Origin: a virus
Lineage: Duplodnaviria; Caudoviricetes
DNA length: 35,852 nucleotides
Virus record (IMG/VR): IMGVR_UViG_3300010382_000022
Location: 1 to 35,852 of that record
Reading direction: 5' to 3' (one strand)
Below the pieces are notes generated by a model that did no database searches, was not told the DNA's origin, and saw only the letters and a list, made by a program, of their open reading frames with translations. The position numbers and the translations under genes were made by a program. Shown in pieces: positions 27,653 through 35,596 of this stretch. Position 1 is the stretch's first letter; each line of letters starts with the position of its first letter.

Positions 27653-28240
27653 TCAGAACTTCTTCCCGTGCTTGAACGGGCGCGTTTCGTTATAGTCCAT
27701 TTTCAGGGCGATCGCGGCTTCCAGGTCGATTCCCAGGTGTCCGCATAGGTCCGCGATCCGGATCACAGCGTCGGCCAGTTCGGAAGATACACCTTCCGGC
27801 TTCTCTCCGTTGTAGTCCCCAAGGTCTGTTCGTAACGCTGGATAACTCCCGCCCTTGCTTTCGGGGTCCTCGATCGGCGTGACGAAATAGAAGGGCGGTT
27901 TCCCCGCTCGTTCTTCTTCCAGGGCTTCGGAAAGTTCGCTGTGGATCAGGGCGATCGCCGTTCCGAACGCCGGCGCTGGCTCCCAAAAGCCATGTTTAAC
28001 CGCGTTTTCATGGGCGCGGCTCACGATTTCAGAAATAGTCATAGGTCTTTTTTCCTCCGTTCTCGGCTTCCAGTCCCGACATTTCATGTTCCCGTGATAT
28101 GGCGGGTATTCCGGAAGGATCAGTTTGTCGTGTGCCTGACAGCCGATCAGGCCGGCCGCCGGCTGGACCAGGTTTCCGCACGTCTGGCAGATTCCGCACA
28201 GGTTTTCCGCGCGCTGGCCGATTTCTTCAAGTAGTGACAT
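27653..28240 (-). CDS. MazG-like NTP pyrophosphohydrolase with N-terminal Cys-rich segment
   Basis: Contains ALIHSELSEALEE, SELADAVIRIADL and KMDYNETRPFKHGK. Confidence 0.8.
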   Translation of the reverse strand: MSLLEEIGQRAENLCGICQTCGNLVQPAAGLIGCQAHDKLILPEYPPYHGNMKCRDWKPRTEEKRPMTISEIVSRAHENAVKHGFWEPAPAFGTAIALIHSELSEALEEERAGKPPFYFVTPIEDPESKGGSYPALRTDLGDYNGEKPEGVSSELADAVIRIADLCGHLGIDLEAAIALKMDYNETRPFKHGKKF

Positions 28241-28997
28241 GACGATCCCCCCACGGATATTCTTGAATCAGGTCTTCGCCCCAGACAGGCCGAAGGCTAT
28301 CTTTCATAAAGATCGGGACGCCACGCGAAGCACATTCAAGGGCAATCGCTCTGATCCATTCGCGATCAGGAACGACCTTGTTCTTCCTGTTGCCGGTTTC
28401 GGCCCCGATGATCACCCAGTCCGGAAAGCCGTCGCCGTCAAGTCGGCCCAGGGGTTCAAGAAGCGGTTCTATGCTCACAAACGCCTTGTATGGCGTGTCT
28501 TTGAACCAGGTGAACGGTTCGCCGCTCCGCGTTACGCTTGACCCGAACCAGAAGTTTTCGCTGTACGGAAAGGCTTTCTGTTCATATAGCGCCTGGTATC
28601 GGGCCGGATTCTTCGTCAGAAATAAATATCTGTGCTGTGGGGCCGCCAGGCAAGCCTTGAAGACGGTTTCGATCCATTGGTCGGGGACCCAGGCGCCGAA
28701 AAGGTCACACATGGACCCGACGAAGATCGTCTGGGGCTTCCTGGTGCGCGCCGGCTCTCCCAGCCGATAGCTGTGAAGCGTAGGGGCGAACCCGTATTTC
28801 CACGGGCCGCCGTTGCTTCCTTTGGACCTTATTTCATGTAAGGCGCCGCCTGGCTGTGTGCAGTCGTCCCAGTTGTCGGTTGTCGCCGGCGTGAATCTCT
28901 GCGCTATCCTTCGCGCGTAGCAATACGGGCATTTATGAAGACAGCCAGTGACGGGGTTCCAGGTCATAGTCGCCCAGTCGATTTTTGTGTTATTCAC
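28227..28997 (-). CDS. Phage Gp37/Gp68 (DUF5131) family protein, radical-SAM-like
   Basis: Contains TWNPVTGCLHKCPYCYA (CxxxCxxC), FVGSMCDLF, FLTKNP, SIEPLL and WVIIGAETG. Confidence 0.87.
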   Translation of the reverse strand: MNNTKIDWATMTWNPVTGCLHKCPYCYARRIAQRFTPATTDNWDDCTQPGGALHEIRSKGSNGGPWKYGFAPTLHSYRLGEPARTRKPQTIFVGSMCDLFGAWVPDQWIETVFKACLAAPQHRYLFLTKNPARYQALYEQKAFPYSENFWFGSSVTRSGEPFTWFKDTPYKAFVSIEPLLEPLGRLDGDGFPDWVIIGAETGNRKNKVVPDREWIRAIALECASRGVPIFMKDSLRPVWGEDLIQEYPWGDRHVTT

Positions 28998-29292
28998 AAG
29001 CCAGGCCCCCTTTCGCTTCGAAGTCTTTATCCTGGGCCGCTCTGGCGGCCATGATCTCGGCTGATCGGATCATGGTCCATTCAGAAAAGGCCAGTTCGCG
29101 GACCATGTCAGTGGTCAGAAGGACCAGATAATCGTCGCCGTAGCCGTCTTCGCCGTATTCTCGGCCGGCGCGCTCGTTGCACAGGTCCAGCTTCCGCCGC
29201 GCGTATCGTTCGGCCTTTTCAAAGAAGGCGGGGCATATTTCAGCCCCGACTTCCTTTTCGACCCTGGCCTTCAGATCAGAGGTCAGAATCAT
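28990..29292 (-). CDS. Hypothetical protein
   Basis: Probable ATG at 29292 overlaps the upstream gene end; about 100 aa. Confidence 0.55.
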   Translation of the reverse strand: MILTSDLKARVEKEVGAEICPAFFEKAERYARRKLDLCNERAGREYGEDGYGDDYLVLLTTDMVRELAFSEWTMIRSAEIMAARAAQDKDFEAKGGLACE

Positions 29293-29965
29293 CGTCTTCG
29301 CTTTCCTCGCCGGCGGCGATCCGGCGAAGGACTTCATTTACAAGCTGTTTTGAAGTGAAGTCGCGCAACATGGCGGAATCAGAAAGATCGACTTCGTCAG
29401 GTTCAAGCGACAGGCAGATTTCAGAGTCCAGATACAAAGCCGGCCGAACGCCACGGTAGCCGCTCCAGGCGTAGTCGTTGCCCAACGTGCCGTCCGTGTT
29501 GACACTCCGCGCACCGTACGCGTTGCCGGCGTACGGGGTGATCAGCCACCACCAGTCGTCAAGTTCAAGAAGGTCCTGGGCGGCGTACTTTTCGAATTGC
29601 TTCTGGGACAGAAGGCCGATCTTGTCGCGGCTGGTTCCATAGCCGGCGCCGCCCTGGTGATCCGAAAGGTCCCATTCGGTCGTGACGATTTTGTCCGTGT
29701 CGATTATGCCGGCGGCCTTGATAGCGCCCAGGAAGGTTCCGTTCAGGTCCTTCTGGATCGTGCTTCCGCGCCAGTCGTTCAGGTTGAAGCCCTCCTGGCG
29801 TTCAAAACGGAACGGGAAGACGTTGAAGGGCTTGTCGCCGATAGATTCGGCGGTAATGACAAGGGTCGTCCCGTTTGCGAAGTGTTCCAGGATCAGGGCC
29901 TTCGCGGGTCCCAGGTCGAAAGTGGCGCCTGGCGCCAGGTCTTTGATTTTAGCGTTTACGGACAT
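29276..29965 (-). CDS. DGR target protein 2 (stand-alone DUF6273/C-type-lectin-like domain with VR2)
   Basis: ATG at 29965 follows an AAGGAGG RBS. Contains NDWRGSTIQKDLN, DKIGLLS and WWWLITP...GVRPAL, with VR2 at about aa 143-177. Confidence 0.85.
   Translation of the reverse strand: MSVNAKIKDLAPGATFDLGPAKALILEHFANGTTLVITAESIGDKPFNVFPFRFERQEGFNLNDWRGSTIQKDLNGTFLGAIKAAGIIDTDKIVTTEWDLSDHQGGAGYGTSRDKIGLLSQKQFEKYAAQDLLELDDWWWLITPYAGNAYGARSVNTDGTLGNDYAWSGYRGVRPALYLDSEICLSLEPDEVDLSDSAMLRDFTSKQLVNEVLRRIAAGEESEDDDSDL
29435..29539 (-). repeat. DGR variable repeat VR2 (remote target)
   Basis: 105-bp ungapped match to TR 7026-7130 with 11 mismatches, all at TR adenines on the coding strand. Confidence 0.95.
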
Positions 29966-30356
29966 TGTGATTTCCTCCTTCATATTCTTCGATTGTGACT
30001 TCGACACGCGGGTTTTTCGGGTCCACGTCGAAGTCGTCTGTGAAATGCTCGATTTCGGCCCAGCCGTCATTTCGAAGGATGCCGGATTCGACCAAGCTGT
30101 CCTGAATGAACTTTTTCGCAAACGCGATATTGTCCTTGTCGCGCCGGCGGCTCGGCTCGATCCATAAGTAACGGATCACGACGGGGCGGGTAAACCGAAC
30201 CCCCCGAAGCTGGGTCTTGACCATATAGCCGATCACGTTCTGGGCTTGCTTTTTCATGGACGCGGCCTTGTATTTCCCTTTGTGGGACCGTTCCGCGTCG
30301 ACATATTCGTTCAGTCCTGGCAAAATGCCAGGGATCGTCAGTTTGTACTGCTTCAA
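29949..30356 (-). CDS. RusA-like Holliday junction resolvase
   Basis: Contains RRDKDNI...KFIQDSL...ILRNDG and NPRVEVTI; probable TTG start after GAAAGGAAG. Confidence 0.8.
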   Translation of the reverse strand: MKQYKLTIPGILPGLNEYVDAERSHKGKYKAASMKKQAQNVIGYMVKTQLRGVRFTRPVVIRYLWIEPSRRRDKDNIAFAKKFIQDSLVESGILRNDGWAEIEHFTDDFDVDPKNPRVEVTIEEYEGGNHNVRKR

Positions 30357-30373
30357 GCGGTCACTTCCTTTCG

Positions 30374-31225
30374 TCATAGGCCCAGAAGCCGACGCGCCTT
30401 TTCCTTCCGTTCGTTGGCGTTGGTGACTCGGCGGGACTCCCCGACAAGTTTCAGCCGGATCGGACACATTTCCAGGACGCGGTCATAAATCCGCTTATAA
30501 GCCAGGGACGGCGGGTTTTGAAGGTCCTTCATGGACAGATTGGTCGTGACGATCAGCGGCTTTCCGGACCTGGCCCTGGTGTCGACCACGTTGTAAACCT
30601 GTTCCACGGAATAGGACGTGTCGCGCTCGACGCCCAGGTCGTCAATGACCAGAAGGGAATAGTATTGAAGCCGATCGATCCGCTTCTGGCGTTCGTCGTC
30701 GAAGGACCCTTGAAGGCTGTTCAGGATTCGCGGGAAGTTGGTCACGCTCACGCTGACCAGCTTTTCCAGAAGGGCGTTCGCTATGGCACAGGCCAGGAAA
30801 GACTTTCCAGTCCCGACGTCGCCATAGAACAGGATTCCGATGTTGTCGGCTTTCATCTGGTCCCAGTTGTCGACATACTTCCGGCAAACGTCGGTAATTT
30901 CAGGATCGCGCCGGTCGTCCTGGGCGAATGTGTGTTTCAGATAGGCCGGATCGGTTATCCCGTCGCGGCGTAGGTGGTCCATGTGCTGTTCGAAGTCGCG
31001 GCGCTCCTGTTCCTTCTGTTCCCGTTCGGCCTGTTCGCGCTCACAAGCGCAGTTACAGCGAACGCGCCACAGGCCGCCAGGCTTGAAGGTTTCGGGGACT
31101 GGTACGTCCATTTGCTTCCGTTCGTGGCACTTGCCACAGCACAAGAAGCCTTCGTCGTCGATGTAGTCGCCTTCGGCTGGGTGGGGCGCCGCTATGTTCT
31201 CGACGATTTTCCTGATAGGGTCCAC
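30374..31225 (-). CDS. DnaC/IstB-like AAA+ helicase loader
   Basis: Walker A GDVGTGKS, LLVIDDLG, IVTTN and RIYDRV, with N-terminal Cys pairs. Confidence 0.9.
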   Translation of the reverse strand: MDPIRKIVENIAAPHPAEGDYIDDEGFLCCGKCHERKQMDVPVPETFKPGGLWRVRCNCACEREQAEREQKEQERRDFEQHMDHLRRDGITDPAYLKHTFAQDDRRDPEITDVCRKYVDNWDQMKADNIGILFYGDVGTGKSFLACAIANALLEKLVSVSVTNFPRILNSLQGSFDDERQKRIDRLQYYSLLVIDDLGVERDTSYSVEQVYNVVDTRARSGKPLIVTTNLSMKDLQNPPSLAYKRIYDRVLEMCPIRLKLVGESRRVTNANERKEKARRLLGL

Positions 31226-31229
31226 GGGA

Positions 31230-31997
31230 TCACCGTCCTTTCAGGAAGTCTTCATCGTCGTCATAGTTCTTCGTGGCGCCCGTTTTCTGGGGTGTGGGCG
31301 GGACGTCTGGGCGATCTTCTTCTTCCCAGCGACGGCCCCGAAGGAACGTGGCGGGGTAACAGATAAACTTTCCTTCGTCCTTCGTCCACTGGTCGTATGT
31401 CTTCCAGCGTTCGACGCCGGCGACGATCAGGTCCACCAGGGCGTCGTCTGGGTTAAGCTGGCCCCAGGCTTTCAGGGCGTCCTGTTTTCCGACGCGGCGT
31501 GGATAGACAGCCCAGAAGCGATCAAACCCTGTCGGCTCTCCCTTCGCCCCGTTTGGGCGCGACCCCGTTCCCGTTTCTCGTTTCTCGTTCTCGTTTCCGT
31601 TTTCGTTTACGGGGACTTTTGATTTCATCTGATTTCCTTTCGGTTGATTGCAAGTGTTATCAAATGAAACAGGAAGCGGGAACTTGCTTTTCTTCGCGCG
31701 CTGTTGCTGGTGCTTGTCCCACGACAGAAGTTTCAGGTATTGCTTCCCGTCTTCGTCGGACGTGTAGGTCCCGACCATGCCGGAATTGACCAGTTCGTCC
31801 AGCCAGACGCGGATTTTCTGTTCCTTCGGCGGGTCCAGCGGGAAGCACATGGACGCCAGTATTCGCGGATTTCCGTAAAACAGGCCGAAGTCGTCCGCCT
31901 TGACCACCAGGCGCCAGAAGAAGCGTTCGGCGTCCGCGCTGACCTCTGCCAGCGATTCGCTGGTGGTGATAGATTCTTTGATTATGCGGCTCGGCAC
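31230..31997 (-). CDS. Phage replication initiator/replisome organiser
   Basis: Contains MPSRIIKESI, ADDFG, FDRFWAVYPRRVGK and YPATFL; lies upstream of the helicase loader. Confidence 0.8.
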   Translation of the reverse strand: MPSRIIKESITTSESLAEVSADAERFFWRLVVKADDFGLFYGNPRILASMCFPLDPPKEQKIRVWLDELVNSGMVGTYTSDEDGKQYLKLLSWDKHQQQRAKKSKFPLPVSFDNTCNQPKGNQMKSKVPVNENGNENEKRETGTGSRPNGAKGEPTGFDRFWAVYPRRVGKQDALKAWGQLNPDDALVDLIVAGVERWKTYDQWTKDEGKFICYPATFLRGRRWEEEDRPDVPPTPQKTGATKNYDDDEDFLKGR

Positions 31998-32011
31998 TTA
32001 TTCCACCCCCT

Positions 32012-32851
32012 TTACAATGCTTTTTGGCAGGACCGACACGCTTCGCGGCCGTACTTCCTGACGGAATAGTCCTGTTCCGCCTTTGAAATAGGGCCGCCGC
32101 ATATCGGGCAAGTTGCCCCGCCCTCCTGGGGCGGCGCCGGCGGTTCCGCCGCGCTCTGCTGGCCCCTGGCGGCCTTGCTGGCCTGTCCTTGTGTGTTTGC
32201 CTTGCCGGCTTGTGTCTGGCCGCTCTGGGCCGGCTGTGGCGCTCCCTGGACCTTCTTGTTCATATCAAACCGGACGGTCCCGTTCCGGTCGACGATCGTC
32301 AATTCGTTGATTTCGCGTCGGTCGTTGTACGCGACGCGCGTCACGAAGAACTTCGTGTTCGGATAGCATTTCAGGATTTCCTTCCGGCCTTGCTGGCCCT
32401 CTGAATAGAACTCGTTGTCGGTCAGTTCGACATAGATGAAGGGGCCAGTATAAAGTTCACGGCCCACGCCCCAGTTGAAGCCGGCGCGCTTGAAGGCGTC
32501 GGACGCCTGGCCCTTTTCCTTCTCGGTGTTGCTCTCGACGCCGACGTCCTGTTTCCGGACCCAGGCGCGCTTCTCGGCGTCCCATACGTCGATATTACAA
32601 AACAGGTTTCCGTTGATCACTTCATGGGTCCGTTGCCAGTTGCCAGGGCCGAAGACCTGATCCAGAATCCGCATATCGACGCGCGCGTCCTTATAGAGAA
32701 GAAGGACGGCGCCGACGCGGCCGCTTTTGGCTCTGCTGACACTCTGGACGCGACACTCTATGTCCTGGGCGGTCAGAAGGGGAATGTCGCCCCAGACGGC
32801 CGCCTGGGGCGCTGTCGCGGCCTGTTCAGCTTGCTTCTTCGCTTCCGCCAT
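32012..32851 (-). CDS. Sak/Rad52-like single-strand annealing recombinase
   Basis: Contains LLYKDARVDMRILD and KGQASDAFKRAGFNWGVGRELY, with a C-terminal CxxC...CxxC Zn ribbon; ATG at 32851. Confidence 0.82.
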   Translation of the reverse strand: MAEAKKQAEQAATAPQAAVWGDIPLLTAQDIECRVQSVSRAKSGRVGAVLLLYKDARVDMRILDQVFGPGNWQRTHEVINGNLFCNIDVWDAEKRAWVRKQDVGVESNTEKEKGQASDAFKRAGFNWGVGRELYTGPFIYVELTDNEFYSEGQQGRKEILKCYPNTKFFVTRVAYNDRREINELTIVDRNGTVRFDMNKKVQGAPQPAQSGQTQAGKANTQGQASKAARGQQSAAEPPAPPQEGGATCPICGGPISKAEQDYSVRKYGREACRSCQKAL

Positions 32852-33716
32852 TCTGGGCCGCCCTCCTTTCCAGGTAGTAGTTGCAGAACTCACACGCGGC
32901 GCAATAGTCCGCGCACTTCTTGTCTTCGCCCTGGCGGGTTTCGATGGAGTCCCCGCCGTTGTCCGTCTTCCACTGTTCGGCCGCTTGCAGGCTGTCCAGG
33001 ACACGAAGGGCGGTCTTCCGGCCCTTCTTCATAACGGCGAACTTGTCGCCGCTGTTGAAGCGTTCGTCAGGTGTACAGATCGGTAGATCGGCGTCGTCCA
33101 GGGCTTCGGCGGCCCTGATCTCGGCGAACCTGGCGCGAAGCCAGTCTTCGCACTCGGCGAAGTCCGCGTCGGTGAAGCGGAACTTCACGGTCTGGACGGG
33201 GAACTGTGGATAGTCGGCCTTGATCTTCGCGTCGCGCTTGCTATGGTCTTTCAGGAAGGCCACAATGTCGCCGCCCTGGGCGTCGAAGCCGCCCTGGCGA
33301 AGCATATAGCAATAGATCAAGGTCTGGCGCCGCCAGTCGGTGAAGTCGCCGAAGATGATCTTCCAGACGGAAGCGGTCTTGTAGTCGGTGACGATCTTCG
33401 TGTCGTCGTCGTACAGGTCGAACTTGCCGGATAGGACGTATTCTTCAAAAGCGACCTTGATCCGTTCTTCCTTCAACTGCGATCCGGATTCCTGGTGGTG
33501 TTCCAGAATCCCATGAACGGCGGTTCCGAACAGAAGCCAGACCATGTCGGACACGTCGCGGGTGATCTCGGACCCGTGGCGGCGTTCCAGGATCGTTTCG
33601 CGGACGCCTTTCAGAAGGGACGTGACGCGGTATTCATTCGGGGCGACAGGGTATTCGTCGCTTTCGGCCAGGCTGACGAACGGGGCCGGAAGGGACAGGG
33701 CGTTCGTGATCTTCAC
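32826..33716 (-). CDS. PD-(D/E)xK exonuclease (Cas4/RecB-like), partner of the recombinase
   Basis: Contains FGTAVH, SGKFD...VTDYKT, QTLIY and the C-terminal CADYCAACEFC. Confidence 0.8.
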   Translation of the reverse strand: MKITNALSLPAPFVSLAESDEYPVAPNEYRVTSLLKGVRETILERRHGSEITRDVSDMVWLLFGTAVHGILEHHQESGSQLKEERIKVAFEEYVLSGKFDLYDDDTKIVTDYKTASVWKIIFGDFTDWRRQTLIYCYMLRQGGFDAQGGDIVAFLKDHSKRDAKIKADYPQFPVQTVKFRFTDADFAECEDWLRARFAEIRAAEALDDADLPICTPDERFNSGDKFAVMKKGRKTALRVLDSLQAAEQWKTDNGGDSIETRQGEDKKCADYCAACEFCNYYLERRAAQNGGSEEAS

Positions 33717-33976
33717 AGGTCCGCGCCCCCTTTCTGGGCCTGGGCGGCGTCCCGCTCGGCGGCCAGGCTGTCGGCCGTCCTTTCCAGGTCAGCGACCTTC
33801 GCTTCGGCCGCGTCGGCGCGCTCCTTCTGCTTCTGGTAGTCCTGGAACCAGCCGTCGGCGCGCATATCGGCCGATTCGGCGGCGGTTTTCAACTGCTGAT
33901 TCTCGACCAGCACGTCCAGGACGAACGCCTTCACGGCGTCAGTATCATAAAAGTTCAGCTTTTGAATGTTGAACAT
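33713..33976 (-). CDS. Coiled-coil hypothetical protein
   Basis: Ala/Glu-rich heptads; AGAAAGGAAAGG RBS. Confidence 0.65.
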   Translation of the reverse strand: MFNIQKLNFYDTDAVKAFVLDVLVENQQLKTAAESADMRADGWFQDYQKQKERADAAEAKVADLERTADSLAAERDAAQAQKGGADL

Positions 33977-34004
33977 TGAAAACCTTTCCTTTCTCTGCTA
34001 TAAT
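33976..34004 (+). promoter_or_regulatory. Antisense sigmaA-type promoter (extended -10)
   Basis: TTGAAA (33976-33981), a 17-bp spacer and TATAAT (33999-34004) preceded by TGc. Confidence 0.7.
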
Positions 34005-34009
34005 GCAGT

Positions 34010-34068
34010 TAAGCCTTTTTTGAAGGGGCCGTTTCGGTTGTTGTGGCGACGACGAAGCGGTCCTTTTC
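34010..34068 (+). ncRNA. Putative small antisense RNA (about 60 nt)
   Basis: Lies downstream of the promoter. A 14-bp stem (34023-34036 / 34053-34066) is fully paired only on the plus strand via G-U pairs and ends in a U run. Confidence 0.5.
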
Positions 34069-34348
34069 AACTTCTTCGACAACGATCTTTCGGGCGCCCA
34101 TTAGGATCATGGCTTTGACAACTTGTCCCACTTGAACGGGCGTCAGTGTCTTCGGTTGATATTTCAAGCGGTTCACTCCTTTCAGTTGTGGGTTCGAACG
34201 CGCCGGCCAGCCAGGAAAACAGGACCCACAGGCCCATGAAGGCGAAGGCGCGGATCATTCCGCTTCCCAGCGGAAGGTTATCGCACTCGACGGCGCCGAC
34301 GGTTCCGATCATCAGAAAAAACATGGCGAAGGCGATCACGCCGAACAC
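34067..34348 (-). CDS. Small membrane protein
   Basis: Two hydrophobic segments. Confidence 0.55.
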   Translation of the reverse strand: MFGVIAFAMFFLMIGTVGAVECDNLPLGSGMIRAFAFMGLWVLFSWLAGAFEPTTERSEPLEISTEDTDARSSGTSCQSHDPNGRPKDRCRRS

Positions 34349-34355
34349 AGTCTTT

Positions 34356-34724
34356 TTAGTAGGTATTCAGGCCACCCCCCCCCGCGAATTGCCGGCCGGC
34401 TTCGGTCATAGCGTCCAGGGAAACGGTCAGGTCCCGCGCTCCATACGGGGCGCCCTTTAGTCCATACAGCCGCGCCGCGTCTTTGCAGTTCAGGACTTCA
34501 TATTGAAGCTGGGCGAAGATGTGCTGTTCCAGGTCCTTTCCCTTATCGGGGTCGTAGTTCTCAATAGCGCGGATCATGCGGACCGCTAACTGTTGGAAGA
34601 CGTCTTCGTCTTCAAGGCCGGTCGTGCGGATCAGGGTCCGGTTTCTGTTGATCGTCCACCAGATACAGCCCAGATGTGCTTCAACCAGGTCGTTTCGCTC
34701 CTGGGTGGTGATCTTCCATTTCAC
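34356..34724 (-). CDS. Sigma-70 region-2-like protein (short, no region 4)
   Basis: RNDLVEAHL...EDEDVFQQ...IRAIENYDPDKG resembles sigma region 2; GTG start at 34724. Confidence 0.6.
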   Translation of the reverse strand: MKWKITTQERNDLVEAHLGCIWWTINRNRTLIRTTGLEDEDVFQQLAVRMIRAIENYDPDKGKDLEQHIFAQLQYEVLNCKDAARLYGLKGAPYGARDLTVSLDAMTEAGRQFAGGGGLNTY

Positions 34725-34729
34725 AGCCG

Positions 34730-34975
34730 TCACCGTCCTTTGACCGCTTGCGTGGTGATGTGAAGGCCGTCGGCTTCCAGGTGCGTTGTGAAGACCCGTT
34801 CGTCTTCGACGATCGCCTTTATAATCGCCGAAGGCGCTGACCGAACCACGATTACCGCGCGGCATTGGCTGTCTTTGCTGACATATCCCAGGGATATTTC
34901 AACTGGCGCCGTGGACTCGCTTTTTTCAAGGATCATCAGAAGGACTTCCTTGTCTGTGTCCGTGTAGCTTCTCAC
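34730..34975 (-). CDS. Hypothetical protein
   Basis: The GTG overlaps the upstream stop (GTGA); a later ATG follows AAGGAAG. Confidence 0.5.
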   Translation of the reverse strand: MRSYTDTDKEVLLMILEKSESTAPVEISLGYVSKDSQCRAVIVVRSAPSAIIKAIVEDERVFTTHLEADGLHITTQAVKGR

Positions 34976-35139
34976 GATCCAGCGCCCCCTTCCGCTTTGT
35001 CAGGCTTTTTCGGGGCGTGGGGCTTGTCCCTTGAAGGAACAGCGATCCCCAGCTTCGCGGCGCAAACTCGGCCGTAGCCGATTTCTATGTAGGCCGGATT
35101 TTTAAGACGCCGGCCACAACGTCCACAGGTTTCAGACAT
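34972..35139 (-). CDS. Small Zn-finger protein (DUF6011-like, 55 aa, not in ORF track)
   Basis: Begins MSETCGRCGRRLKNPAYIEIGYGRVCAAKLG; AAGGAGG RBS. Confidence 0.65.
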   Translation of the reverse strand: MSETCGRCGRRLKNPAYIEIGYGRVCAAKLGIAVPSRDKPHAPKKPDKAEGGAGS

Positions 35140-35596
35140 TCGCGTTTTCCTCCTTCGTTTCGTTGTATATGGCCCGATGGGCGTCTTCCATCAGACCGTC
35201 CCAGACTTTCAAGGCGTCCATGAATACCGGAAGGGAAACGCCGGCGGCCGCCAGATGATCTTTGAAGCGGTCGACGTCAGCCAGGATCGCCGCGCGCTCG
35301 GCGGCTTCTTTTGCTTCGCGTTTTGCGTCGATCTCGGCTTTCAGGGCCGACAGATCGACCTTCCCGTCATAAAGGTCCTGGCAGAACTGCTTCGCGGCGT
35401 CCTCGGTCGGGAAACGTTTCACGGTTTCGGTGCTGACGTGATCTTTGTTCTTCATGTCCCAGCGGCTGACATAATACGGGTTGACTTCCTTCCCGTTTAG
35501 CCAGCGCGAATAATGGACCTCATATTGAACATGATCCCGCTGGGCGACCGTTCCGCCGTATCGCTGATTCCGGAAACATAGGGGGTTACGGTTCAT
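35132..35596 (-). CDS. Hypothetical protein
   Basis: ATG at 35596 follows an AAAGGAAG RBS; helical C-terminus. Confidence 0.6.
   Translation of the reverse strand: MNRNPLCFRNQRYGGTVAQRDHVQYEVHYSRWLNGKEVNPYYVSRWDMKNKDHVSTETVKRFPTEDAAKQFCQDLYDGKVDLSALKAEIDAKREAKEAAERAAILADVDRFKDHLAAAGVSLPVFMDALKVWDGLMEDAHRAIYNETKEENANV

Noticed and set aside
29276-29965. VR2 as a simple paralogous duplication of target 1
   Set aside because: Nucleotide identity is confined to the TR-length segment, non-A positions are fully conserved, and the flanks diverge immediately. This fits retrohoming rather than duplication.
30374-31225. IS21 IstB helper
   Set aside because: There is no IstA transposase, and the gene follows a replication initiator, so it is a phage helicase loader.
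32826-33716. Cas4-like nuclease as part of a CRISPR-Cas system
   Set aside because: I saw no repeat-spacer array or other cas genes. Its position next to the Sak-like annealase fits a phage recombination pair.
1065-35500. Numerous long plus-strand ORFs (e.g. 2681-3508, 11232-12128, 15761-16906, 26385-27401)
   Set aside because: They are antisense shadows of well-supported minus-strand genes in GC-rich DNA, with no RBS or recognisable motifs.
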